In this document: positions 22,721 through 37,360 of the stretch, piece by piece
Layout: each line of letters opens with the position of its first letter
Numbering within the stretch: position 1 is the first letter of the stretch
Source of the DNA: Octopus bimaculoides
Lineage: Eukaryota
Length of the DNA: 64,000 nucleotides
Direction of reading: 5' to 3'
Assembly: GCF_001194135.2 (NCBI RefSeq)
Contig: NC_068988.1
Coordinates: forward strand, 61,881,613 to 61,945,612
Position numbers and translations under genes: made by a program
The notes under the pieces: generated by a model
The model's input: the letters and a program-made list of their open reading frames with translations, nothing else
Told to the model about the DNA's origin: nothing
The model's database searches: none

Positions 22721-24538
22721 TAATCTAAAAATTTTCAATACGACTATTAATGGTATTAATTTTCGCGAGCAAGGTTTGCAACTCGCTGTAAACCTAGCAC
22801 TTTCTTAAAATCGATAAGTGCTTTTCTCAATAAATAACTTTCTGTACCAAGCGACTAACATACATAACTTTTAGCTGAAGTCCTCGAAGTCGATAACGCT
22901 ATAAATATAGGTTAAACCTCTTTTAGATAGAAAATGTCTTACGTTGACTGTGGAATTTCTCCCACTGTAAATTCTTAAGGCATAAATATTATAGTTTGAG
23001 TTCGAATATAGAAATATGCTTACTTTATGTGAAATAGTAAAGTAGCCAAAATGCTTTATACATACGTTATGTATTCGCTTGTACGGAATAACCAAAATAT
23101 GAATTTTTAGCTGCTGCTGTTGCCATTTTTTAAATACAACTTTACTATTACTGAGCAGATCCAACATTAATAACGTTTAAATGCCTTTGTATATAAGATT
23201 ATCTCAATTCTCAAAGCATTTTCTAATTTGAAAACTGCATTTTCTGATATGAAGAGGAGTTGACTGTTGTATGCAGCGAAACAACTGACAGCTTTAATTA
23301 GCTATTGATAGCTTTTGATTTACGAATAAGACATTTTTATGGAAAGTAACGGATTTTAATTCTTGGCCAAATTATGTATTTTCTGCAATGTTTACATTCT
23401 GTCACAATATTGCCTTCCACCATGCTCTAATATAAATGCATCATTATAATTATCATTCCATTGCAAAGCCCATTAGCTTCATATCAATTTGCAATCGCTT
23501 TACAATGTATCCATTTTAAGGTAAATATATCGGAAAACTATCTACAAAAGTTACATCTCTTTAGGAATTGCATTAGATAATTGTACATATTGTCTCACTC
23601 AAAATAGGAATGAATGTGTTTGCAACTATCCCTCAATGTTTCGATAAATTTCATTATTTAAAGAACAACAGCGTTAGGATTTTTGAAAATCCCTTCATAA
23701 AAAAAAAAGGCGAAAGCAAACAATGAACTACCATTACGACTATTATGATATTAATTTCCCCCTCGTTCATCCAGCCATGAATCAGTTCTCTGCTTAGTTC
23801 CCTTTGACACTTTTTCTAACGCACTGGAGCTATTCTTATTTCATAGTTGGTATATGTATCGACCATTTACTCCCAGGCATCCCCAAATCATTGACGACGC
23901 TATGAACGAACCTAAATGCATTTGAGCATGGCTGCATTGAGAATAATTCAAAAGATTACTACTACGTCTGTGTAATTGTTGTAGTTATTATCCATAGCAT
24001 GGGCGTCTTGTCCAAAATATTCCTTCGTTCTTCGAACAAAAGAATACAGTGAAATGAATCAGAATCCGCATTCAGTAGGATAATTTCACTGTAACCCTTG
24101 ATGTTATTTACGTTAATCAATATGACGATGTCCTTTATAATACTGTTTTGGTCCAGGTAAAATCGTTTTTACGAAAGCAATGCATGCATAACAATTTCAT
24201 GTAGAAATGTAAACAGAGACCGAATTGAAATGCTGTGAGGCATATTTTCTAAATTCAATCTATGGTATATGAATGTTCAGGTAATCACGTTTCTCATAAA
24301 GCAGTGGTTACGAACGTTTTGTGCCATAAGCTCAAAGGATATATTTCCACAATGTTCGCATCCCTGTAAAAAGTAATAACACATTTGCAAAACAAACAAT
24401 ATATTAATTTTGTAATACCGAGATTGGTTTGGTTTAAATTGAACTACATACCGTGATTTTGAATTATAAAATTCTTGATGCGCTCAATAGAATATTATTT
24501 TTAAAAGTTAATAATTTTATTCTGAAGAGAATTTTAAA

Positions 24539-24756
24539 TAAAGGGGTGCTGAAAAGTTCATGACTTTGGGTAACAGAAAATAAAGGAGACTCAGATAATT
24601 ATAATTTTATTCTACATATTCCCCTCTCGAATTCACACTCTTATTGCACCGGTTCTTCGGGTTTCCTAACTCCTGTAAAAGAACTCAGAATATTGGGTCC
24701 CCAACCAGGCCTTTCGCGACACCTAAAAGCTGAGAACGTTTCAGCACCCTTTCGTA
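24539..24756 (+). mobile_element. Complete mariner-type MITE
   Basis: Imperfect TIRs TAAAGGGGTGCTGAAAAGTTC and GAACGTTTCAGCACCCTTTCGTA with TA at both ends; 218 bp; non-coding. Confidence 0.85.
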
Positions 24757-25094
24757 CTTCTTTTTTTTTTATGCTCTGAGATACCATCCATAGTGATGAT
24801 CACACTCTAGCCGGGAAGCCACAGTCTTATACAAGTATCAAAATAGGATCGAGAACAAGTTGCATAATGCGCGTCTTCTTGCCAGTTTGATTTTATCATA
24901 AACATAATTGGGTAAAAACCACGCTGTATAAATAGTGATAAATAGTGGTCCAGCTGACAAGAAATGATAGACAAGACCTTGAACTACGCCAGTCTCTATA
25001 GACCATCTATTAATATACATATGTTTTCTTCGTACTTTATCTTACAAACGGTGTAACTTAATGCCGTGCTTTACATTCAAATGTATAGGTGAAA

Positions 25095-25270
25095 TTGAAT
25101 GATAATTCGATCGCTAATCTGAGCCTATTGTTTAAGTGGTACTTATTTAATCGACTCCAAAAGGATGTAAGGCAACGCGGACCTGGGCGGAATTTGAGCG
25201 CAGAACGTAAAGACGGATTAAATGCTACTAAGCATTTTACACGGTGTGCTAACACGTCAGCCAGCTCACT
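25095..25270 (-). mobile_element. SINE family A
   Basis: GGTACTTATTTAATCGAC...GGCGGAATTTGAGCGCAGAACGTAAAGAC...GCTAACACGTCAGCCAGCTC. Confidence 0.75.
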
Positions 25271-27903
25271 GCTAAAATATTACCATCAACCTACCTTATG
25301 CTTTGATTGAATTTGAACTTTAAAACAAAATATATTTATTCTTGTTCCGTTCAATCTTGGTTTTAGTATTTTAATTTTATCTCGCACATCTTTCAATTAC
25401 TACCAACATCAAACACATTATATGCGGTGAAACGGGAAATGTGTACGTCGCGAGTTGCTGAAAATATTCAAGGGAAACGCTGCCGCCAGTCACAACGAAA
25501 ATGCTTCGTCATAGTGTGTTAACAGTGCTTTAGCATTTATTTCTTTACGTAGCTTTGTCATTACTTCAAATATAATGATTACAATGGTGATCAATACCAA
25601 AGTTATTGATTATTTAGATACGAAACATTTAAAGCTGTTAGAAGATGAAAAATGAGTCACTTTAACTTGCAGGCTGTATTCTTGCGAAATTAGCTAGTGT
25701 AAACCCGAATTACATAAGGAAATGTAATTAGATAGCTGAGGTTTTTAGTTAACGATTTACTCTCCTTGTAGTACGATGTACAATTTTATTATACGAGTAA
25801 ATCCTGTATTCGTGTTCAAGTGACTTGCTAGAGATAGGAGCTAAATTCTCATTAGGTGCAAGAATATGCTATTCTAAAATGTGAACAACGCAATGTATAA
25901 TATAGTTCTTTTGATTATGAGTGAAGACAAATTTGTCTAGAGGATGTTCCGAAATTAAGGAAACCGAAGTTTCGGGCTATAATTACTAATCAATAAATGT
26001 GACAAGATATGAAAATTATACATCATTATAAAAACGTAATGTGTCTTCTTTCTTGTTTCACACTAAATAAATTCATATTTATAAACTATATAATGGCTAT
26101 AGTTCAAAATACAATTATAACCCTCCAGAAAGGAGGCGAGAGTAATACAGTTATATAGAAAAGAAGCTTAAGATTGACAGTAAGTCTCGAAAATTGTCAA
26201 GCAATTTCATGAGACTGGTTTTACTGCTGATTGACCTGGACGTGGCAGATGTATTTTGTCGACCTAATTTTTTACTACATCGTGCTGTCTTTATGATTAA
26301 AGTACATAAGAATTACCACAGTGCTTAAGTTTAAAAAATAATGAATTAGAATAGAATCTGCGCAATGAGACAAGAGCATTGGTATTTATGCTTAAACAAT
26401 TCTTCTCATATTTGGGCAACAAATCAACTGCTTGTGTTTAAATATGTAGTAACTAGATTATATATATTATTGTAGGGAAAGGGACCATTGCAACGATTTG
26501 GAATCACGCTGTCTGTCAAGGGGAAGAGTACAGATACTAACACATGCTGTTATTTAGAAGTTGTAGTGATCATGAAGGACGGTATTGTATATATCATTAT
26601 AAATTTTCTATTTCAACAAATTTGAAGATCACATGTTTCTTTTAATGTTTATCATCAGTATATTTACACATGAAATTGTGCCTGTTGATTGGGAAAAGAC
26701 TAAATGCGCGTAAATATTCTGTAATAATGTAACGAGTGGGTGTAATAAAAATTGAATATTTGTTTTATTGCAAATTACTAATGCACTTGCAATGTGTTAA
26801 ATGAAATGTATTAAACACGACCATATGAAACAAGAATTCCAAGTGTAATTGCATTTTAAGATACATTTTATTGATTTTTCACTCATTTCAGTTAAAATCT
26901 TCAAAACGTTATGAAAATACTGAACAAAACTCATTAACAAAACTCATTAAATTCTTTTGTTACGAAATAAATTTTGTTTTCATTTATTTTTATTCCATAA
27001 ATATGATTTAATTTTAATTTATGAAACATCTAAATAATTGGAATAGTTGTGTTTTGAAGCCCTAGGTCTGTCTTTATTTAGAAACCTGTGTAGAAAGATG
27101 TGGGAACCATGATTGAACCTTTATATCTTTCAGCATTGCAGATGTGGTATTATGTCATTCCCATTTCAATATAATTTGGAGTAATATTAGGAATATTTTC
27201 TGCTTTTCCTTGGAGACTATGCAACGCCATAGTAGCAAACTTCTTGGTTGAATAATATCAGGATGGAAGATTATCTCTTAAAATTATAACTACCGTCAAA
27301 TATAAATATGATTATCAATAGTAAACATTTGATTAAAACCATCTCATTTATCGGTCGCAGCTAAGACAAACGTATTTCCAATAATATATTAATCTTAATT
27401 TCAACATTAAAATAAGTATATTTACTGATATATTTTCGTTAAGTTGTGTAAATTTTCATTTAATTATGGTAGTAGGACAGATCTGATTTCGGTGCTTTTA
27501 TCGCATGAAGGAGAATCATCGTAAGTTATTAGAAAAAGCAGTCTGTCGAAACTCGCCAGTGGTATCACAGTTTGCTTTCATCAATTATTTTAGATGCCTA
27601 AGAAGTCATAAATAGTTTTGAAACCCTCGCTACATCGATCTGCGTCCTTCAGTGAGGAGAATATTTATATTGAGATCGTTGGGGTCAAAAATTGATGCGC
27701 TCGTGTGTTAAACAAAAGTACTTTGCTGAAGGGCACAGCTCAAGACCCGGTTCAGCTAGTGAATCAACGAACTTACGATCCTGATACGAGGTCAGAGACC
27801 TTTAGGTTATGTGCATTTACAGAATTAGGAAGGTTAAGGATGAAATATTACCTGCGAACCTGAAAAAACACACGCGCGCGCGCGCGCACGCACACACACA
27901 CAG

Positions 27904-27946
<43 letters not shown>

Positions 27947-28804
27947 TATATATACTCACACGACAAAATTATTCACATTCGTATAATTATGCCTAAGATG
28001 TTATTAGTATTGAAATCATAAATACTGCATGCTACAAACAATTGATAACGTTACCCAGTCTTTATTTCGAAGTAATGCCAAAGAAAAAAATTACCTTTTC
28101 TTTCTTTTATTGGTAAGCATACACATTGATATATTTACGCATAAACAAGAATTAATCTAATAACACTTCAAACACCGAGTATTTCTGTATAAGTACGTAA
28201 TATGTTGCTATGTCTAAGATTTTTAATATTTACATAATTTAGCTTTGTATGAACATTTTAATTTAGAAAAATACATACGAATTAAAAATCCAGGAAAAAA
28301 TTTTGGAAAAATCGTCTCATGGAAAAATTATTTCAGTCAAACATCACCCCTCCAAATACAAAACAGGAAAATTTTCAAAAAAGCTTCAATAAATACAATA
28401 AAAATCTGATTCAGTGATATTTTCGATGATATTTAAGATATGAAAGGAAACTTTTTTTCCAACGTTTTGTATAAAATAGGATGTTATCAATGAAAATAAG
28501 ATATGTATTTTGAATTAGCGAGCAACTGATTAGATAATTTGGTTCGTTCTTCTTACTTTTAGTTATACAAATGAGGTATATTTTTTTTATCCTTCATTTT
28601 TGTTATCATAGACAAGATTAAAATTTATTCTCTGTGAGCTTTTCATGATCATCGTTAAGGAGGAATTGTAGGTCAAAGACACAAGAAAGTAGCAATGAAA
28701 ATAGTACGTTCAGGTACATTCAGTTAGGTTAACTGAAAAGCAGAATAAATAGAGAAAAGAAATAAATTATTGCACAAATGTTGTTACCTTCCTTAACAGA
28801 AAAA

Positions 28805-28970
28805 GTAAACCTTTCTACTATAGGCACAAGTTTGGAAATTTCAGGGCGAGGAGTAATCGATTAGATTACTGGTTCTTAATTTATCGATCCAGAAAGGCAA
28901 AGTCAATCTCGGCGGGATTTCAACTGAGAAAATAGCGACGGGTGAACTACCGCTAAGCATTTTGCGCGGC
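28805..28970 (-). mobile_element. SINE family A
   Basis: CCTTTCTACTATAGGCACAAG tail through CTCGGCGGGATTTCAACTGAG...CCGCTAAGCATTTT. Confidence 0.75.
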
Positions 28971-29110
28971 TTATTGGTAGACAAGATAATAGCCTACCCG
29001 CCTTATTGGTAGACAAAATAATATTGGTAGACAAAATAATAGCCTACCCGCCTTATTGGTAGACAAAATAATAGCCTACCCGCCTTATTGGTAGACAAAA
29101 TAATAGTCTA
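28971..29110. repeat. 32-bp minisatellite, three near-full and two partial units
   Basis: Unit TTATTGGTAGACAAAATAATAGCCTACCCGCC seen directly. Confidence 0.95.
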
Positions 29111-29629
29111 GTAGGAGAATATTCGAATATGCACATGTATCTAATTAACATATTAAGGACATATCACTCACATGAAATACTAATTGATGAATGCAAAAGA
29201 CTTATATGTACCTATGTATATATGTGTGTATGTATGTAATTATTCAGTTTTATTTCAAGATATTTTGCAAATAGAGAAAGAGCCGGTTTCTAAACTACAT
29301 CTAAGGTTGTATGTATATATGTATTATGTATGTATGTACGTACATACGTATGTATGTATGCTTGCAGTCATGCTTGCATGCCAGCATATGTGCATGACAG
29401 CGTGTGTAGTAGCAACTAGGTATGCGGATACTTTAATAGAGAGTGTGTTTATTCAATTGCAAAGATGGTATTGGCTTCAATAATCCTTTGCATGTATGAT
29501 ATTCTTGGACATCATCATCTTATTTGTATGATAAACTTGAAGAAAGAATACATTCCTATAGATATTCTAACTAGCAAACAATAAATAATATTTAATTGTT
29601 CATGATTCAGACAGTAGTATGACTTTATG

Positions 29630-29716
<87 letters not shown>
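29630..29716. repeat. (TCTA)n microsatellite
   Basis: About 21 perfect units seen directly. Confidence 0.98.
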
Positions 29717-30788
29717 GTATCAATCTGTCTATTTGTTTGTCTGTCTTTTTTCTTTCTATTGTATTTATAATACTTGTGCATTAGCAACATTAATTTAGAG
29801 AGTATTTAATACAAAGTCCTGAATTATTAATTAAACTTCAATGTTGCATAATACAAACGTGTGGAACAAAAGAAGAAACAGGTGGTTGTTTGCATTTGCA
29901 AGTCTTATACAAAGACCACCATTAGTTTGGATAAGTTTCTTTGACGTACGCAAAATAAGAATGTGGCTATTCGGGAGTGAGTATTTGTCTAAGAAGGAAA
30001 TAAAATTTCGCCTGAATACAAATATGTTAAGATTGTATAGAAATATATAATGTCTTTATGTACATGCATAATTTACACGAAATATTAATATGTTTCATGT
30101 AACTGCATAATTTACGAATTAATATTATTAATGTGCATCAAGAAATAACGCGACCATTAAGAGTAATATCGCAATGCGAATTATAAACTACTTGAAAATA
30201 TTTAATTAAAATCTGGGCGATATACTACAATAGATTTTAGTTTCGTTAGTTATGTTAGCATTCGAGGAACATAGTGAATGCAATCAACATCAATGTAATC
30301 GTACATCGATGTTTAACTAGAACTAGTAGGATTCGTAATCTCCAGACGAAACAATTATGTCTGAGAAAGGGAAAGAAACATTTGAGAGACAGAAACACAT
30401 AGAAAATGGAAGAGAGAACAGTATATTATATCAGTCACAGAAATGGTTTGATCACAAAAATATTATCAAAGAGATCTGCGGTCATATTTGGTTTGTACAT
30501 TTCTATATCTAGAATTACGTGACTGTCTTTACTTCTCAAATCACATGAGGTAGATATAGAGAAAAAGAGCGGGATGGAAGCACAGTATGATCTGATGGAG
30601 GTTTCTTCTGGCATAACGTGTATCATCAAATGTGGACAAATTTAAATTCTGATTCCTTTGATGTATGTGTAAATCCAACAAAGGGCAATGGAGTGAGCAT
30701 TTCTTTTTATTACACTATTCTGCATGAAAACCTGACCAGTAGATGAGGTAAATGCTGTAAACTCCAGAGTTAACACACGAAATAACAC

Positions 30789-30852
<64 letters not shown>

Positions 30853-30920
30853 ACACACTCATATATGTATATACATATATGATGATTGCCACTACTTTAC
30901 AGAAGAAGCCATCTTTTCAA

Positions 30921-31310
30921 TTAATAAATAGTGTCATGAGATCTTATATGACTGGCAAGTCCTGCTCTTGACAAACTGAATCTACTGCGGATCTTATAAC
31001 ATTTTTAAGTAGAAAAGTGCCTGGAATTGTAGTTAAGTTCTGTCTAAGAAGCGCTCATTTCAAGATAGCTTCAAAGGCTTTACATCTCTTTTAGATCATA
31101 TGTTTCCAAACCAAATCGATCTTGCGTCATCTGCTCCCAGTCTTCAACTTTCACATTAAGAGCCTCAAGGTTGCTTTTGACAGCTTCCCTAAAACGTTTC
31201 TTCCGTTTATGTCACGAACGTTTGCCGCGCTGCAACTCCCTGTAAAACAACTGCTTTGACAGCCTGTCATCCTGCATCCTAGCAAGGGGCTCACTCTAAC
31301 GCACCTTATT
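30921..31310 (-). mobile_element. RTE-clade LINE 3' coding relic
   Basis: Minus strand reads LARMQDDRLSKQLFYRELQRGKRS*HKRKKRFREAVKSNLEALNVKVEDWEQMTQDR, then after a frameshift LSRAGLASHIRSHDTIY*, a typical RTE/Bov-B C-terminus. Confidence 0.88.
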
Positions 31311-32734
31311 GCCTATGAGGATCATTTCAATACTGAAGAACAACGGTGTCTGGTGTTAAAGACACACACACACACACACACACACACAAATAAACACACA
31401 CCTATATATAAATNNNNNNNNNNNNNNNNNNNNNNNNNNNNNNNNNNNNNNNNNNNNNNNNNNNNNNNNNNNNNNNNNNNNNNNNNNNNNNNNNNNNNNN
31501 NNNNNNNNNNNNNNNNNNNNNNNNNNNNNNNNNNNNNNNNNNNNNNNNNNNNNNNNNNNNNNNNNNNNNNNNNNNNNNNNNNNNNNNNNNNNNNNNNNNN
31601 NNNNNNNNNNNNNNNNNNNNNNNNNNNNNNNNNNNNNNNNNNNNNNNNNNNNNNNNNNNNNNNNNNNNNNNNNNNNNNNNNNNNNNNNNNNNNNNNNNNN
31701 NNNNNNNNNNNNNNNNNNNNNNNNNNNNNNNNNNNNNNNNNNNNNNNNNNNNNNNNNNNNNNNNNNNNNNNNNNNNNNNNNNNNNNNNNNNNNNNNNNNN
31801 NNNNNNNNNNNNNNNNNNNNNNNNNNNNNNNNNNNNNNNNNNNNNNNNNNNNNNNNNNNNNNNNNNNNNNNNNNNNNNNNNNNNNNNNNNNNNNNNNNNN
31901 NNNNNNNNNNNNNNNNNNNNNNNNNNNNNNNNNNNNNNNNNNNNNNNNNNNNNNNNNNNNNNNNNNNNNNNNNNNNNNNNNNNNNNNNNNNNNNNNNNNN
32001 NNNNNNNNNNNNNNNNNNNNNNNNNNNNNNNNNNNNNNNNNNNNNNNNNNNNNNNNNNNNNNNNNNNNNNNNNNNNNNNNNNNNNNNNNNNNNNNNNNAG
32101 AGAGAGAGAGAGAGAGAGATACAGATATAGATATAGATATATATATATACACTGAAGCTCTTATATACTAATAATAAATCAAACATATCTTGACAAGGTA
32201 TAGGCGTTTCAATTTACATCATTATATATAAATGACTTGCGTTTATGCGCCCTCGATTTCTGAACAAAACTGTGTTTCTTATTTTAATATTTATTTCGAC
32301 GCCTTGCATTGAATTGTTATGTGAACTTCACCAGAAACGCAGGCACGTGAAGATAGCTCCTCCCCTTCCATTAATTTTTAGCGTAACACGACATCCGATC
32401 ATTTCATATTTTAACATATGAATAAATTCGATAACGATGAATAAATTATAAATGAAACGCATTTCAATACATGTGCTCCGATTATCACTTTTCAAATTCT
32501 TACTTCAGCAAATCTTTAACAATATTTCAAGGAGATTCCACGTTCTATGGAGGTCCGACAGCGCAATAGAAAAGCGATGTCATTTTACAGAACGACGATT
32601 TACGCAACAACTGCTTAACCTTTTAATATTCTGTGAAATATCTCTGCATGCTACCATGTGTGAGGTAGTCTTCTTTTCAAAAGTGTATTAACGCTTTAAA
32701 AATTAATCATAAAAATGAAAATGGATAAATAAAG

Positions 32735-32889
32735 TGTGCGTGTATTGTAAGAAGATTGCTTCCCTAATACATGATTCAGAGTTCAGTTCTATTGCGTGGC
32801 ACCTTGGACGAGTGCCTTCTACAATAGCCGCGGGCCGACCGAAAGCATGTAAGTGGACATGGTAGACGAAAACTGAAAGAGGCCTGTCG

Positions 32890-32924
<35 letters not shown>

Positions 32925-33190
32925 AGAGAGAGANNNNNNNNNNGAGAGAGAGAGAGAGAGAGAGATAGAGAGATGTATGGGGTGGGGGTGTCGTTGTTTC
33001 CCGGCTTTTCCCCACTCCACACCGGATGACAACCACTGCTAGTTTGTATACATCCCCGTAACTTAGCAGTTCGGCAAAAGAATCCGATAGAATAAGTACG
33101 AGGCTTTAAAACGTAATATGTAGTTGGGTAGATACATATGACTACAAGATTTTCTAGGCGTGCTCCAGCGAGACCTCAGTCTAATGAAGT
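32735..33190 (+). mobile_element. SINE family B with internal (TA)/(GA) microsatellite
   Basis: GAGTTCAGTTCTATTGCGTGGCACCTTGGACGAGTGCCTTCTACAATAGCCGCGGGCCGACC...CCCCGTAACTTAGCAGTTCGGCAAAAGAATCCGATAGAATAAGTAC. Confidence 0.8.
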
Positions 33191-33514
33191 ATATTACAAA
33201 TACGTTCATAATATTATTATGATCGCTTTCGACATTGGCAATGCCTCATCAGTATTCGGTTGTTGAAACCACAGAATTACTTGCTCCCCGAATTCAATGG
33301 TTTTTGCATTGAATGTTTAAATGTACCTGTAGATTTATTCACATGTAGAATGCATCGCAACACTACCTTTGAAATGATGCGTATAATTCGAATGTTGGAC
33401 ATCAGCAGAGATTACATGGGAACAACTTCACTTACAATGTGTGGATCAATATAAAGATATAGGATTAGCACTTGTCCAAAAGGCAAGCGAAGGGGATGAA
33501 GCTAGAATTCATTA

Positions 33515-33665
33515 CTCCGAACTGCGAAGCGAAAATTTGTTTTACCATTTGTTTATATATTTCTGTGCATGCGTGAGTGCGTGCGTATATAAGTGGATAT
33601 TTTTTATTGATATTTAACAGAAGTAACAGTGACTGAAGGGTCGAGAATTTCGTCCGTAAACACTT
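33515..33665 (-). mobile_element. Helentron-like element 3' fragment (degenerate)
   Basis: ATTACTCCGAACTGCGAAGCGAAAATTTGTTTTACC resembles the reverse complement of the 3' hairpin of the copies at 6798 and 38832. Confidence 0.35.
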
Positions 33666-33728
33666 AGCTTGTTAAGTTCTAACAACAACACTCGCAGTCC
33701 TCGAGTCAGTCTGTTACGTTTGCTACCA

Positions 33729-33794
<66 letters not shown>

Positions 33795-36394
33795 ATGTTT
33801 ATTTATCTATCTATCTATTTGTGTGTACGTGTGTAATCATTTTCTTACTTCTATTTTTCTTCCATACGTCCTCAAACCACAACTTGTACAATCAATAAAA
33901 CCAAAGGAAAATAAATCATCGGAAATAAAAATAAACATAACATGAAATATAGAAAAGTAAGGGAATGGACAGAGGAAAATATAAGTAAAATAAGAAGGAT
34001 ATCTTGTTACCGTTGAATAAATGGAGAGAAATTTACTCTACCAGCCTATTTAAAGAATAATATATTAACGTTACGATTGTCGCTGTACAAATTATACCTA
34101 GTCCTATAATTTAGCACTGTATGTAGTCTCAGTCTTACTGTTAATATTATTATTATATATATATATATATATATNNNNNNNNNNNNNNNNNNNNNNNNNN
34201 NNNNNNNNNNNNNNNNNNNNNNNNNNNNNNNNNNNNNNNNNNNNNNNNNNNNNNNNNNNNNNNNNNNNNNNNNNNNNNNNNNNNNNNNNNNNNNNNNNNN
34301 NNNNNNNNNNNNNNNNNNNNNNNNNNNNNNNNNNNNNNNNNNNNNNNNNNNNNNNNNNNNNNNNNNNNNNNNNNNNNNNNNNNNNNNNNNNNNNNNNNNN
34401 NNNNNNNNNNNNNNNNNNNNNNNNNNNNNNNNNNNNNNNNNNNNNNNNNNNNNNNNNNNNNNNNNNNNNNNNNNNNNNNNNNNNNNNNNNNNNNNNNNNN
34501 NNNNNNNNNNNNNNNNNNNNNNNNNNNNNNNNNNNNNNNNNNNNNNNNNNNNNNNNNNNNNNNNNNNNNNNNNNNNNNNNNNNNNNNNNNNNNNNNNNNN
34601 NNNNNNNNNNNNNNNNNNNNNNNNNNNNNNNNNNNNNNNNNNNNNNNNNNNNNNNNNNNNNNNNNNNNNNNNNNNNNNNNNNNNNNNNNNNNNNNNNNNN
34701 NNNNNNNNNNNNNNNNNNNNNNNNNNNNNNNNNNNNNNNNNNNCAGTTTTTCAACTCCTCCGTATAGAAGCCAATTCCCACAGGGGGCCCCCAACAATTT
34801 TTCTTCACCTCATTTCTCTTTTGTCTTTAATGATGAAGAACTATGTCCGACACATCAGGCCCTTTTTCTCTTTTTTTTCAAGCGTGAAACTTGTTCCACA
34901 TTTTTCAAAACTTACCCCTTGTGTGTTTCTTTAGTTTGTGAACATGTGTGTTCACACACATGAGAGCCCGCATATGCGTAAACACACACAGACACAGACA
35001 CACAGACACACACACACAGACACACACACACACACACACACACACGCCCACGCATACACGTGCACATAATGCCAGAGAAATATAGAGAGAAATGCTGGCT
35101 TTAAATGAAAACCGTTTGTAGATAGAATAAAAATAGAACGATTGTCTTCTAGTTGCAGAATGGAGATTTTGAAAGAATGGTGTTAGATTTGTCATGGGAC
35201 AACTCTTATTTGTATGTTTGCAGAAGTTAGGCGCGTTTATGTGACTTTTGCATGTGTGTGTGTGTGTGTGTGTGTGTGGTTGAGTTGAGAGATATAAATA
35301 GATAGACTGATAGCTATTGAGGCATATTTACATGTAAAGAAATCAAGAGCTAAGAGAATGAGAAAGATATGTGAGAATGAAAGACACAAAGATACTCGAA
35401 TACGAAAAATGTGTAGAGAAAAGGAAGACATGTGATATATATAGACATGAACAAATTGAGAGAGAAAGAGAGGCAACGGAGGAGGGAAAGAAAATAGTCT
35501 GTAATATGGTTCCCAGGTAGAAAACAGACAGCTAAATAGTGTAGTAGAATACATAACTGAGAGAGAGAGAGGGAGAGACAGAGAGAGTGGTAGAGTGAGG
35601 TAGAGAAAGAGAGAGAAAGAGAGAGAGAGAAAGAGAGAGAGATAGAGAGAGAGAGATAGATAGAGAGAGNNNNNNNNNNNNNNNNNNNNNNNNNNNNNNN
35701 NNNNNNNNNNNNNNNNNNNNNNNNNNNNNNNNNNNNNNNNNNNNNNNNNNNNNNNNNNNNNNNNNNNNNNNNNNNNNNNNNNNNNNNNNNNNNNNNNNNN
35801 NNNNNNNNNNNNNNNNNNNNNNNNNNNNNNNNNNNNNNNNNNNNNNNNNNNNNNNNNNNNNNNNNNNNNNNNNNNNNNNNNNNNNNNNNNNNNNNNNNNN
35901 NNNNNNNNNNNNNNNNNNNNNNNNNNNNNNNNNNNNNNNNNNNNNNNNNNNNNNNNNNNNNNNNNNNNNNNNNNNNNNNNNNNNNNNNNNNNNNNNNNNN
36001 NNNNNNNNNNNNNNNNNNNNNNNNNNNNNNNNNNNNNNNNNNNNNNNNNNNNNNNNNNNNNNNNNNNNNNNNNNNNNNNNNNNNNNNNNNNNNNNNNNNN
36101 NNNNNNNNNNNNNNNNNNNNNNNNNNNNNNNNNNNNNNNNNNNNNNNNNNNNNNNNNNNNNNNNNNNNNNNNNNNNNNNNNNNNNNNNNNNNNNNNNNNN
36201 NNNNNNNNNNNNNNNNNNNNNNNNNNNNNNNNNNNNNNNNNNNNNNNNNNNNNNNNNNNNNNNNNNNNNNNNNNNNNNNNNNNNNNNNNNNNNNNNNNNN
36301 NNNNNNNNNNNNNNNNNNNNNNNNNNNNNNNNNNNNNNNNNNNNNNNNNNNNNNNNNNNNNNNNNNNNNNNNNNNNNNNNNNNNNNNNNNNNNN

Positions 36395-36439
<45 letters not shown>

Positions 36440-37039
36440 ATATATATACATCCATAAATGTCTCTTCGACACTCTCTTCCGTCTCCTTTCTACTACCACG
36501 AGCTGTACTCTTTTCTCTCGTTATTTAAAATAGCTCTTTATTTCACACACACTCATATTTTCTTTTCACACCTCCGTTATTTTCATCACTGGTGATGATT
36601 TTTAACAATAGTGTTCTATAGTTGCTTTTCGTTTTTGTTCTTTTCTTTAGAAAAAGCAAAATACTTATTTATTTAGCTGTTGCGATGGTTGTTTTAAACA
36701 CCAGCTATTCCCATGTTTCTTTGCCATATTGTTTTGTGAATTTTCCTCCTATTCTAATACTAATGTTTCCTAAACGCTACATCTTCATCGCATTTTGCGT
36801 CTTAATCGCCGTCTTTGTTTTTGATTCTTTCGTTTTGTGTTAGCGTTTTTGCTGCAGCTGCTCTAGCTGCTGTGATTTCGTTGTTGCTATTGTTGCACAC
36901 GTTGTGGTGTGGGTCTAAATTCTCATAGGATGGAAGACATTTTGAACAGATTTTTTTCATATGATTTATATTTTTGGTTTGTTTTCAAATTCCCGGCGGA
37001 TAAGAACAAATTTTCACATATTTCACTGATATTCCAATG

Positions 37040-37360
37040 GCTATATAGAAACGCATCTTCATCACCATCGCCATCACGATCAATCATTGTCAGCATTATC
37101 TTTTTATCATCAACATCATCATCATGAATGCAGTCATCAGCATGATCCTCAACACCACCATTGTTTTCACGCTCTCACCGATAGCCGGCAATACCACCAG
37201 CGCCATTAACTTCATCATCAGTATCACCATAAACTTCAACACCATCATTATCATTATCAGCATTAAAAGAGCAGACTCACAACTACCACCACTATCGCAA
37301 ATGTCATTATCAACACCATTATCATGATTATTATCATTATCGTAGTCAAAGCCATCATTA
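37040..37360. repeat. Degenerate (CAT/CAC)n low-complexity tract
   Basis: Repeated ATC/ACC triplets seen directly. Confidence 0.8.

Noticed and set aside
21143-24370. Several micro-exon candidates upstream of the 18659-18725 exon (near 21143-21163, 21207-21235, 22943-22964, 24311-24362)
   Set aside because: Each has plausible splice dinucleotides and phase, but such short candidates arise often by chance and none can be chosen without transcripts.
27134-27260. Hydrophobic frame LQMWYYVIPISI*FGVILGIFSAFPWRLC after a plus-strand acceptor
   Set aside because: In-frame stop in the middle of the helix, no partner exon and no recognisable family.
27775-27870. Apparent minus-strand exon with good splice sites (ttttttcag| ... 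|gtaagt)
   Set aside because: All three frames contain stops, and the donor lies inside a decayed SINE head.
28971-29110. CRISPR-like array
   Set aside because: Units abut with no unique spacers, the context is eukaryotic and there are no cas genes.
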